Origin: Candidatus Chisholmbacteria bacterium RIFCSPHIGHO2_01_FULL_52_32 | Lineage (GTDB): Bacteria > Patescibacteriota > Microgenomatia > UBA1400 > Chisholmbacteraceae | Direction of reading: 5' to 3' | Length of the DNA: 64,000 bases | NCBI GenBank assembly: GCA_001816585.1 | Contig: MHCJ01000003.1 | Location: forward strand, 714,681-778,680 | Shown here: positions 55,926 to 64,000 of the stretch, in pieces | How the letters are laid out: the number at the start of each line of letters is the position of its first letter | Position numbering within the stretch: position 1 is the stretch's first letter | Made by a program: the position numbers and the translations under genes | The notes under the pieces: model-generated | What the model saw: only the letters and a program-made list of their open reading frames with translations | Databases searched by the model: none | What the model was told of the DNA's origin: nothing

Positions 55926-55953
55926 GAGGTTTTCCCTCGAATCCTGTCTTCCC

Positions 55954-56868
55954 TTACTCCCTCAATGAAACATCCTTCTTCTTTAAGGCTTTTCGGATGA
56001 TCTCTACCGATTTCTCGCCCAGATTTTTTACCTTTGCGATGTCTTTCTCCGGAGCCTCAACCAGGTCAGCCACCGTTCTGTATCCTCCTTTTCGCAGGGC
56101 GTTTGCAATCCGGGTTGACAAGTCAAGCTCTTCAACCGTCAATTTGTATATTTCACTAGCGGCGACGTCTTCAACTTGCGGTTTTTCTGCTTTAACTTTG
56201 GGTTCGTAGACTTGCCGGAAGTAGGCCTCCAATAACTTTGCGGTCTGGTGGAGCGCTTCGGTCGGCTTCAGTGTCCCGTCCGTTATGACCTTTAAAATCA
56301 ACCTGTCTAAATCCGTGCGTCCGCCTACACGGGTCGCTTCCACGTGATATGACACTTGGAGAACCGGCGTGAACGTTGCATCGATCGGAATCACACCGAT
56401 TTGGTTTGATTTCCTTTCTTCTGCGGACGAATATCCCGTGCCCCGCTCCACTTGGAGCTCGGCTTCGAGACCTACCTTTTTGTTTGCCAAGGTTCCCAAT
56501 ATTTGATCTTTATTGATAATGCTCACCATTGGCGGTGCTTTGATTTGTGAGGCTTTGATTTCTCCCGGACCCTGCGCTTCCAGACGGAGGGTTTGGGGTT
56601 CGTCCCCGTCGTAGCGAACGCGAATCCTCTTGAGATTGAGGATGAATTCCACCACGTCCTCGCTCATCCCTTTCAGTGTGGAGAATTGATGACGAATACC
56701 TTTGATTTTGACCTGTGTGATAGCGGCCCCGGTAAGGCTATCTAACATGGCCCGGCGAAGGGCATTTCCTAACGTATGTCCATATCCTTGCTCCAATGGT
56801 TCGAATATGAATGTGGCGGTATTTTCTTCTTTCTCTTCTTGGGTAATGGTGAAGGATGGCATGATCAT
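55954..56868 (-). CDS. rpoA: RNA polymerase alpha subunit
   Basis: EPLEQGYGHTLGNALRR, DATFTPV, alpha-CTD NLGEKS. Confidence 0.97.
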   Translation of the reverse strand: MIMPSFTITQEEKEENTATFIFEPLEQGYGHTLGNALRRAMLDSLTGAAITQVKIKGIRHQFSTLKGMSEDVVEFILNLKRIRVRYDGDEPQTLRLEAQGPGEIKASQIKAPPMVSIINKDQILGTLANKKVGLEAELQVERGTGYSSAEERKSNQIGVIPIDATFTPVLQVSYHVEATRVGGRTDLDRLILKVITDGTLKPTEALHQTAKLLEAYFRQVYEPKVKAEKPQVEDVAASEIYKLTVEELDLSTRIANALRKGGYRTVADLVEAPEKDIAKVKNLGEKSVEIIRKALKKKDVSLRE

Positions 56869-56921
56869 TTGTCTCCTTTTTTTATAAACGTACTAATAAT
56901 GTTCATTTTTCTGATTTTTTC

Positions 56922-57530
56922 CTACTTTGAATATAACTCGACAATATACTGTTCATTAATATCCGCAGCAATGTCATCTCTCTTCGGCAGACGTTCGACC
57001 TTCCCAACCACCGCCTGTCTCGAAAGCCAGTCCGGCAGGGTCGGTTTTTTTTCCTTTGCAAGAAGCTCAACTTGTGGGATTTTGAGCGCCCTTGCAGAGA
57101 GAGTGATGATATCTCCAGTTTTTGTCATATAGGATGGAATCGTGACTTTATTTCCGTTTACTTGGGCATGACCATGGGTGATGAGTTGACGTGCCATGCC
57201 TCTTGTCGGCGTGAGACCGAGGCGGTAGAGTACATTATCCAATCGGCGCTCAAGAAGGCGCAAAAGCTCCTCGCCTGTGGCGCCTCTAGTCTTGAGGGCT
57301 CTTCGGTAGTAACGGTGAAATTGGCGTTCCAATATCCCATACGTCCACTTCACCCGTTGCTTTTCGGAAAGTTGCTTGGCGTAGTCTGATATCCTTCGTC
57401 TGCCCCGATGGCCATGTTGTCCCGGAGGAACACCAAGTCTTCGCTGGAGCTTTGCGGCAGATGTGGTCAGCTCCAGATCTTTGCCGACTTTCCTTGCAAG
57501 CTTGTTTTTTGGGCCGATATATCTTGCCAT
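56922..57530 (-). CDS. rpsD: 30S ribosomal protein S4
   Basis: MARYIGPK, PPGQHG, LERRLDNV, ELYSK. Confidence 0.97.
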   Translation of the reverse strand: MARYIGPKNKLARKVGKDLELTTSAAKLQRRLGVPPGQHGHRGRRRISDYAKQLSEKQRVKWTYGILERQFHRYYRRALKTRGATGEELLRLLERRLDNVLYRLGLTPTRGMARQLITHGHAQVNGNKVTIPSYMTKTGDIITLSARALKIPQVELLAKEKKPTLPDWLSRQAVVGKVERLPKRDDIAADINEQYIVELYSK

Positions 57531-57554
57531 TCCGGTCCTCCCTGTTGTTTTTCG

Positions 57555-57953
57555 TTATCTGTTATGCTTCTTTTTTCGAGGGCGGGATCCATTATGCGGA
57601 AGCGGGGTCACATCGGCAATCAGGGTCAACTTCATCCCTGAGCCTCTCAGCACTCTAAGCGCCGCATCCCTTCCTGGGCCCGGCCCTTTGATATATACCT
57701 CGAGCTCTCTTGCCCCATGCTGTTTGGCTTGTTCGACCACCCTTGAAATTGCGACGGTTGCAGCAAACGGGGTTGACTTCTTCGACCCGGAAAAGCCAAC
57801 GGTGCCCGTGGAGCCCCAACTCACCGCATTTCCTTCTGTATCGGTGAAGGTGGCTATCGTATTGTTGAAGGTCGCAATGATATATATCCTTCCTTTCGGA
57901 ACGATTTTTACGGCCTTTTTTGCTGTCTTTTTTTGTTGTGTTTCTTGGGGCAT
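57555..57953 (-). CDS. rpsK: 30S ribosomal protein S11
   Basis: TFNNTI, KKSTPFAA, GPGPGRD, DVTPLPHNG. Confidence 0.97.
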   Translation of the reverse strand: MPQETQQKKTAKKAVKIVPKGRIYIIATFNNTIATFTDTEGNAVSWGSTGTVGFSGSKKSTPFAATVAISRVVEQAKQHGARELEVYIKGPGPGRDAALRVLRGSGMKLTLIADVTPLPHNGSRPRKKKHNR

Positions 57954-57992
57954 CCTTTCTCCTTCTTTTACTCCCCTTTTAATGGCTCTTCA

Positions 57993-58394
57993 TTATTCCT
58001 TGGTCGGTGTCTCATGTTTCGTCAGTTCTTCTTTCTTCATTGCGCCGATGGTTTTCCTCTTCCCCCGTTTGGTTCTTGCATTGGTACGGGTTCGCTGGCC
58101 ATGGACAGGCAGACCCATGGCATGACGCAATCCGCGGTACGTCCCGATTCTCTTTAATCGTTCAATATTCTCTCGAATTTGTTTGCGTAGGTTTCCTTCC
58201 GTGTTTATCTTGTCTATCGCCCGTTGCAACCGAGCCACTTCTTCCGTAGCCAGATCTTTCGCCCGTTTATCCGCATTGACGTTGGCTTCCGCAAGAATTT
58301 GCTTCACATTCCGCCGTCCCACTCCGAAAATGTACGTAAGTGCGACTTCGGTTCGCTTCTGTTCCGGTATATCGATTCCTGCAATGCGTGGCAT
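57993..58394 (-). CDS. rpsM: 30S ribosomal protein S13
   Basis: [26 protein letters not shown]. Confidence 0.97.
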   Translation of the reverse strand: MPRIAGIDIPEQKRTEVALTYIFGVGRRNVKQILAEANVNADKRAKDLATEEVARLQRAIDKINTEGNLRKQIRENIERLKRIGTYRGLRHAMGLPVHGQRTRTNARTKRGKRKTIGAMKKEELTKHETPTKE

Positions 58395-58414
58395 ATTCCC
58401 TTCGGTCAAGTTAC

Positions 58415-58465
58415 AAATTTAAAGTTTAAAGTTAAAAGTTTTGAATTTTGTATTTTAAACTTTGA
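58415..58465. repeat. Inverted AT-rich heptamer arrays
   Basis: tttaaag tttaaag ttaaaag ttttgaa ttttgta ttttaaa ctttga. Confidence 0.65.
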
Positions 58466-58579
58466 TTATCCCTGGCGCTGTTTATGGCGCGGGTTTTCAC
58501 AAACCACATACACTTTTCCGTGACGGCGAATGATCTTACATTTATTACATCTGATTTTCACGCTTGACTTTACTTTCAT
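58466..58579 (-). CDS. rpmJ: 50S ribosomal protein L36
   Basis: Manual translation [37 protein letters not shown] (37 aa; not in the ORF track). Confidence 0.97.
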   Translation of the reverse strand: MKVKSSVKIRCNKCKIIRRHGKVYVVCENPRHKQRQG

Positions 58580-58596
58580 CTTTTTCCCTATTCTAC

Positions 58597-58836
58597 CTAC
58601 TTGTAGCGGAAGATTATTCTTCCGCGTGTTTCATCGTATGGTGTCAGTTCGACCTTCACCCTATCGCCGGGCATGACCCGAATCCTGTATATTCTCATTT
58701 TTCCTGAAAGCGTACACAGGATCACCTTTTCCGGTTGTTCTTCTTCGGTTGCATCGAGTTGCACTCGAAACATCGTATTGGGTAAGGCCCGGATAATCGT
58801 GCCTTCTACCTCAATTGTTTCCTCCCTTTTCACCAT
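58597..58836 (-). CDS. infA: Translation initiation factor IF-1
   Basis: [29 protein letters not shown]. Confidence 0.97.
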   Translation of the reverse strand: MVKREETIEVEGTIIRALPNTMFRVQLDATEEEQPEKVILCTLSGKMRIYRIRVMPGDRVKVELTPYDETRGRIIFRYK

Positions 58837-58929
58837 ACGTTCAATTCTTTCACAAGAAGTGTTATTTTAACACACTTCAGGCTACTTTTGTTTCCTCATT
58901 TCGTATTTTATTTGTACTTCTCATGTTTA

Positions 58930-59688
58930 CTATGCTTCTTTGGTAAGGATAATCGGATGGCTTTTGGTTATCATTACTGTTTCTTCAAAGAGCGCCGCTT
59001 TCTTCCCATCTTCGGTGACTAATGTCCATCCATCTTCCTTTAAATGAAGCTTTGATGTTCCCTTCGCATAGATCACCTCAATGGCAAGCGTCTGACCTTC
59101 ATTGAGCAGCGGAGTTTGTTCAATCGGTTCAGCCAGGAAGCAAGGGATGGGTGGGTCTTCGTGCAACTCCTTCCCGACCCCGTGGCCCGTTAGCGACCGG
59201 ATACAGGTGTATCCTCCTCCTTCAACTGTCCCTTGGATTGCTTCGGAAATATGACCTATATGGTTTCCCGATACCGCTTTGGTCATCGCTTCCCTGAGTG
59301 CTTTTTTCCCGGCATCAAGGAACCGGACGTTTTCCGCGTCAATTGTCCCTGCAATTGTTGTGGTTGCAGCGTCGGTATGAAATCCATGGTAGTACATCCC
59401 AATATCTATCTTGACCAAATCCCCATTTTGAATTTTTCGCTTAGTCGGTATCCCGTGAACAACTCCGTCATTCAGGTTAATACATGTTGCATGCTTATAT
59501 CCCGGAACCAACATAAACGAGGGTTTCCCTCCGGCCTTCCGGATTGATGTTTCGGCAAGACCGTTCAGGGCCAGAAGCGTTGTTCCCGGGCGGGCGGCTT
59601 CGACCAACTCCTTCCGAATGCGGGCAAGGATCGCCCCTCCCTCCTGCATTGCTTTTTTTCTATTTCCTTTCAAGGTTCTTCTGATCAC
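58930..59688 (-). CDS. map: Methionine aminopeptidase
   Basis: VVHGIP, IDIG, TDAA, GHGVG..LHEDP, AIE, FEET. Confidence 0.95.
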   Translation of the reverse strand: MIRRTLKGNRKKAMQEGGAILARIRKELVEAARPGTTLLALNGLAETSIRKAGGKPSFMLVPGYKHATCINLNDGVVHGIPTKRKIQNGDLVKIDIGMYYHGFHTDAATTTIAGTIDAENVRFLDAGKKALREAMTKAVSGNHIGHISEAIQGTVEGGGYTCIRSLTGHGVGKELHEDPPIPCFLAEPIEQTPLLNEGQTLAIEVIYAKGTSKLHLKEDGWTLVTEDGKKAALFEETVMITKSHPIILTKEA

Positions 59689-60284
59689 TGTGGTTCTGTT
59701 TCCTTCAATTCTTTAATCGTTTTCATGATTTCTGCGTGGATTTTTTCAATGGGACGTTCCCCGTCAATGTGGATTAAGAGGTTTCTTTTTTTGTAGTACC
59801 TGAGCACCGCTTTATTCCCCTTTGCGTAATACTTGAGTCGCTCTTTGATTCTTTCCGGCGAATCATGGACTGAACCGTCGGGATTCTTCCTTCCTCTGGC
59901 TAGCAAGCGCCGAATTGACTCCCTCTCTGTAACATCCAAGAAAAAGACCGCGTCAATATCTTGTCCGTACTTTTCTACCTTTCGCTCCAGGAACATCGCT
60001 TGGGTGAGGTTACGCGGAAACCCGTCTAGGACCCAACCTTTTTTCGTATCATCTTCCTTGAATCGTTGTTTCCAGAGGACGTACATTTCAGAATCGGCGA
60101 CGTAATAACCTTTCTCAAGGGCCTCCTGGCAAACCCTTCCCATGATTCCGTGATCCTCCTCTGCGTATTTGCGAACCAAATCCCCGGAAACCAGATGCGG
60201 TATGCCGAGTTTTTCCGCAACTAGTTTTGCCTGTGTTCCTTTTCCCGATCCTTCCGGTCCGTAAAAGACAATATTCAGTCTCAT
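59685..60284 (-). CDS. adk: Adenylate kinase (short LID)
   Basis: GPEGSGKGTQ, SGDLVR, LDGFPR; spc operon position. Confidence 0.92.
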   Translation of the reverse strand: MRLNIVFYGPEGSGKGTQAKLVAEKLGIPHLVSGDLVRKYAEEDHGIMGRVCQEALEKGYYVADSEMYVLWKQRFKEDDTKKGWVLDGFPRNLTQAMFLERKVEKYGQDIDAVFFLDVTERESIRRLLARGRKNPDGSVHDSPERIKERLKYYAKGNKAVLRYYKKRNLLIHIDGERPIEKIHAEIMKTIKELKETEPQ

Positions 60285-60299
60285 CGATTTCTCCTTCGT

Positions 60300-61589
60300 C
60301 TATCTTTCTAAAAACCCTTCGTAGCTTCGCATCACCAGCATCGCTTCGAGCTGTTTGGTGGTCTCCAAAATCACCGAAACGACAATAAGAATTCCTGCGC
60401 CTCCGATTGAAAGGGTCACGATGTTCGTCATCTTTTGGACGATTGCGGGGAGAACGGCAATCGTTCCTAAAAACAGCGCTCCCGCGGTCGTGATTCTGGT
60501 TAGAATGTAGTTTAGGTAATCCGCGGTTGGTTTGCCCGGCCGGATTCCGGGAATAAATCCTCCATACTTTTTGATTTCATCGGCGATTTTTATGGGGTTG
60601 AAGATAACCGCTGTATAGAAATAGGTAAATCCGATAACCAGGAGAAAGTAAATGAGATCATAAATCGTACTTCCCGGTGTGAACGTCCTCGATACCAGAA
60701 CGGCAATGCGGGAGATGGTGGGGTTGGGTAGTGCTTCCAGGTACCTACCTACGAGCGAAGGCAAGAGAACTAAGGAAACGGCAAAGATAATGGGAATCAT
60801 TCCCGCTTGATTCACCCGTAAAGGGAGGTGAGTTGTTTGCCCTCCGTACATCCGGCTGCCCTGGATCCTTTTTGCGTATTGCACCGCCACTTTCCGTACG
60901 GCCTCGTTGATAAAAACGACACTCGCAATGACAACTATCGCAAGCATCGTGAACGTTGCCAGATTGAACACGTTCGTGTTCTGGGAAATTGCCGCAGTCT
61001 GTGCGAGCGCTATGGGTAGGCGGCCGACTATCCCAGCAAAGATGATCATTGAGATACCGTTGCCTATTCCATACTCGCTCGTCAGCTCCCCAAACCACAT
61101 AAGAAGTATCGTGCCCGTTGCCATGGTAATCGTCAGGCTTATCAGGGGGAGCGGATCTAAAGAATCGATGATCTGCTGGTTTCTTAAGAGCATGTACATC
61201 CCGAATGCCTGAAGAAGCGATAAGGGAACGGTAAGCATCCGTGTATACTGGTTGATTCTTTCCCTTCCTGCTTCTCCTTCCTTAGAAAGCTCCTCGAGAC
61301 GCGGAAATACCATCGTTAAGAGTTGAAAGATGATTGAGGCGTTGATGTAGGGGTTTAAACCGAGCGCCATGACCGAAAAGTTTGCCAGTGTCCCTCCGGA
61401 AAAAATATCCAGCAAGCTTAAGAGTTCATTCTGGCTGAAAAGTTGCTTTAAGCGCTGGAAATCCACCGCCGGCACGGGGATATGGGCAAACAGCCTAAAA
61501 ATTGCAAACATGAGTAGTGTAAAGAGGATTTTTCTCTTGAGATCCGGTGTTTTCCAAGCTTGGAGGATGGGGAGGATGATCTTATTCAA
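60300..61589 (-). CDS. secY: Preprotein translocase SecY
   Basis: [29 protein letters not shown]. Confidence 0.98.
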   Translation of the reverse strand: MNKIILPILQAWKTPDLKRKILFTLLMFAIFRLFAHIPVPAVDFQRLKQLFSQNELLSLLDIFSGGTLANFSVMALGLNPYINASIIFQLLTMVFPRLEELSKEGEAGRERINQYTRMLTVPLSLLQAFGMYMLLRNQQIIDSLDPLPLISLTITMATGTILLMWFGELTSEYGIGNGISMIIFAGIVGRLPIALAQTAAISQNTNVFNLATFTMLAIVVIASVVFINEAVRKVAVQYAKRIQGSRMYGGQTTHLPLRVNQAGMIPIIFAVSLVLLPSLVGRYLEALPNPTISRIAVLVSRTFTPGSTIYDLIYFLLVIGFTYFYTAVIFNPIKIADEIKKYGGFIPGIRPGKPTADYLNYILTRITTAGALFLGTIAVLPAIVQKMTNIVTLSIGGAGILIVVSVILETTKQLEAMLVMRSYEGFLER

Positions 61590-62022
61590 CTTTTCCTCCC
61601 GCTTTGACGATTTTCTCCTTTGCCCGGTTTGAGATCGGGACTTTGACTAATAGAGGAACCTTAACCTCTCCCTCACCAAGAACCTTGACTCCGAACGTGG
61701 TTACCTGATCCTGTTTTACTATTCCGGCTTTTGCCAGTGTTTCGAGGGTCACCGTTGTCCCTTTCGGAAAGCCGGAAAGATCCTTTAGGTTAACGATAAC
61801 CGGTAAGGACTTCAATTTCCTGAAGCGCCCTTTTCCTCTAATTTTCGGGAGTCTTCTGACTAAGGCTAACTGTCCTCCCTCAAACCAAATGTTTATCTTT
61901 CCGCGGGCCCGTTGGCCTTTCGTTCCTCTTCCTGAGGTATGTCCTCCCTTTCCGGAACCGTATCCGCGGCCGACCCGTTTCTTTTTTCTGTCTACGATCT
62001 TCGGAAGTTTCTCTTGTTTCAT
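61582..62022 (-). CDS. rplO: 50S ribosomal protein L15
   Basis: [22 protein letters not shown]. Confidence 0.97.
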   Translation of the reverse strand: MKQEKLPKIVDRKKKRVGRGYGSGKGGHTSGRGTKGQRARGKINIWFEGGQLALVRRLPKIRGKGRFRKLKSLPVIVNLKDLSGFPKGTTVTLETLAKAGIVKQDQVTTFGVKVLGEGEVKVPLLVKVPISNRAKEKIVKAGGKVE

Positions 62023-62044
62023 GGTTTCTCCTCTTTCTTGTGCT

Positions 62045-62725
62045 TTAGCTCCTTTTCTTCTTATTAATCGACTTTTTCTTATTTGGTTTTTCTGTTCGTT
62101 TCTTTTCTTTCTTTTCTGGAAGTATCGCCGCCTTATTTGTCTTTCTCTTTTCTTGTTCTGCCAATGTTTCCTCTGGTTTAGGTTCTGCTTTTGGTTGTAT
62201 CACGGCCTCTCCAATACCCTTTCTTCTGGCGATCCTCTGCATTTGCGTCAGGGCCTCAAATGTGGCGTAGACATTTGAAGCCTGGTTCGCCGAGCCTAAG
62301 ATCTTGGCTACAACATCGTGAATACCCGCTGCTTCGACCACGGCGCGCACTGCCCCTCCCGCGATGACGCCTGTTCCGGGGGGCGCGGGTTTCAACAACA
62401 CTTCCGCCGCACCGTGCTTCACCCGTATCGGGAAGGGGATCGTTGTCCCCCTCATCGGTACTTTGATAAGCTCTTTTCTTGCCCGGCGAGCGGCCTTCTT
62501 GATCGCCGATAAGGTGTCCGGTGCTTTTCCGAGCGCAACACCGACTCTTCCCTTCCGGTCGCCGACAACCATCAACACCGCGAATCCTATTTTATTGCCG
62601 CCTTTTGTCTTTTTTGAGACTCGGTTTATTCTGACGACCTTCTCTTCAAATTCTGCACTTTCCTGCCGTTGTCTGTACGGTTGTCCTGTCATCGGTCTCA
62701 TTGTACTTCGTTTGCCCCTTTCCAT
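62045..62725 (-). CDS. rpsE: 30S ribosomal protein S5 with basic C-terminal tail
   Basis: [23 protein letters not shown]. Confidence 0.97.
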   Translation of the reverse strand: MERGKRSTMRPMTGQPYRQRQESAEFEEKVVRINRVSKKTKGGNKIGFAVLMVVGDRKGRVGVALGKAPDTLSAIKKAARRARKELIKVPMRGTTIPFPIRVKHGAAEVLLKPAPPGTGVIAGGAVRAVVEAAGIHDVVAKILGSANQASNVYATFEALTQMQRIARRKGIGEAVIQPKAEPKPEETLAEQEKRKTNKAAILPEKKEKKRTEKPNKKKSINKKKRS

Positions 62726-62731
62726 TCTTTC

Positions 62732-63088
62732 TTAAAACTTCAATCCTTCTTTTCTGGCTGACTCCGCAAGCCTTTTTATCCTCCCATGATACCGGTACGG
62801 ACCCCGGTCAAAAACAACCGCTTTGATACCTTTTTTTATTGCCTTTTTTGCTACGGCCTGTCCGATAAGATCCGCTTTGGCCGTTTTTTGCTGTTTACTA
62901 TCCGTTGGCTTTACATCCGTTTCGTTTGCCGAAACAAGAGTGATCCCTTGTTCATCGTCGATGATTTGGGCATACGTATGTTTGTTCGAACGGAACACCG
63001 AAAGGCGGGGTCTTACCTTCGTCCCAAATACCTTGGCTCTTATCCTTTTTTTCCGCCCCCTGGTTGGTGATCTATTGATGTGGCTCAT
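62732..63088 (-). CDS. rplR: 50S ribosomal protein L18
   Basis: RPRLSVFRSN, VFDRG.YRYHGR. Confidence 0.97.
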   Translation of the reverse strand: MSHINRSPTRGRKKRIRAKVFGTKVRPRLSVFRSNKHTYAQIIDDEQGITLVSANETDVKPTDSKQQKTAKADLIGQAVAKKAIKKGIKAVVFDRGPYRYHGRIKRLAESARKEGLKF

Positions 63089-63648
63089 GCTCCTCCGGTT
63101 GCTGCAGTACCTACTTTGGCTACCTTTCCTGGTTTTCGACGGACAATTTCGTTCTTATATCTCACTCCCTTTCCTTTGTATGGTTCGGGCTTTTTCAAGC
63201 TCCTCAACTTGGCTGCGGCAAGACCAACTGCCTCTTTATCTATTCCCTTTACTATGACATCCCGTTCGCCTTCAACCTCAAATTCTATCCCTACTTCGGG
63301 TTCAACAACGATCGGGTGGGAGAATCCCAAATTTAAGGTAAGGCGGTTACCTTCTTTCTTCACTCGGTAGCCCGTGCCGACAAGCTCCAGCCGCTTCTCA
63401 TATCCTTCTACTACTCCTTTGACAGCATTCGCCAGGAGGGCGCGGGTGAGGCCGTGGAGGGCTTTCGTCTTATCATCATTGCGGGTTCTCTTGACCTCAA
63501 TCATCCCCTTTGTTACCTCCACTTTAATATGCGAAAATGTCGGTGAGCGAAGTTCGCCTTTCGGTCCTTTTATTACCACCGCATCATTCCCGACTGCGGC
63601 GGTGACATCTTCTGGGATTTGGATTGGCTGTTTTCCTATTCTAGACAT
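63085..63648 (-). CDS. rplF: 50S ribosomal protein L6
   Basis: MSRIGK, KGPKG, GFSHP, PEPYKGKG. Confidence 0.97.
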   Translation of the reverse strand: MSRIGKQPIQIPEDVTAAVGNDAVVIKGPKGELRSPTFSHIKVEVTKGMIEVKRTRNDDKTKALHGLTRALLANAVKGVVEGYEKRLELVGTGYRVKKEGNRLTLNLGFSHPIVVEPEVGIEFEVEGERDVIVKGIDKEAVGLAAAKLRSLKKPEPYKGKGVRYKNEIVRRKPGKVAKVGTAATGGA

Positions 63649-63679
63649 AGAGAGATAGGGTATAGGGTATAGGAAATAG

Positions 63680-64000
63680 TTACCATACGCGCAATAGCAT
63701 TTCTCCCCCTAACTTTTTGCTTCTGGCGTCCTTATCCGTCATGATCCCGCGGCTGGTTGAGATGATTGTTATCCCATATCCGCCGAGGGTTTTGGGAATA
63801 TTTTTTGCCTTGACGTATATTTTTCTTCCCGGTGTTGAGACGTATTCAATCCGATCAATCGCGGCCTGACCGTTCGTATAGAGGAGGTTTAGGACGATCA
63901 TTTTCCGTGGTTTACGATTCTCCACTCCCAGGTGCCCAACGTATGCCTCTTTCTCTAAGATTTTCCCCAATGTCTCTCCTATACGGGAATGGGGAATTTC
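63680..64000 (-). CDS. rpsH: 30S ribosomal protein S8 (5' end outside window)
   Basis: STPGRKIY, GITIISTSRGIMT, GGE..RVW. Confidence 0.95.
   Translation of the reverse strand, partial: EIPHSRIGETLGKILEKEAYVGHLGVENRKPRKMIVLNLLYTNGQAAIDRIEYVSTPGRKIYVKAKNIPKTLGGYGITIISTSRGIMTDKDARSKKLGGEMLLRVW

Noticed and set aside
62022-62045. Absence of rpmD (L30) as a novelty
   Set aside because: Established CPR trait; used only as a taxonomic clue.
1-64000. Alternative genetic code (UGA=Gly) as in Gracilibacteria
   Set aside because: Conserved genes end at TGA with ATGA overlaps and have no internal TGA.

Overview
Chromosomal segment of a Patescibacteria/CPR bacterium, most likely Microgenomates. This is inferred from gene content: no rpmD/L30 between rpsE and rplO, DUF3048/DUF4446/DUF3105/DUF5679/RDD-type genes, and a type IV pilus/competence cluster; TGA is a stop codon (code 11). 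Most genes lie on the minus strand. The window holds an aspartate aminotransferase plus archaeal-type PEP carboxylase operon, recJ, a CCA-adding enzyme, secDF, tldD/tldE, rdgB, nth, a small AT-rich TA/kinase/NUDIX patch, comM, a pilus cluster with two near-identical pilins, an accessory block (YrdC-like, GlcG, LeuD-LeuC fusion, two-component pair), RNase P RNA, miaAB, an ABC transporter, HU, rny, recX/recA, tRNA-Pro and the spc/alpha ribosomal operons. The most interesting signals are non-coding: (1) a covarying ~75-nt leader RNA motif present twice in the pilus locus; (2) an atypical T-box riboswitch whose putative Asp specifier sits in a tRNA-anticodon-like hairpin; (3) a promoter-driven 6S-like hairpin ahead of rny; (4) several covarying REP-like hairpin families set in strand-biased 7/10-nt periodic repeats; (5) many apparently leaderless genes. 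All calls come from reading the sequence by eye; no searches or folding programs were run.
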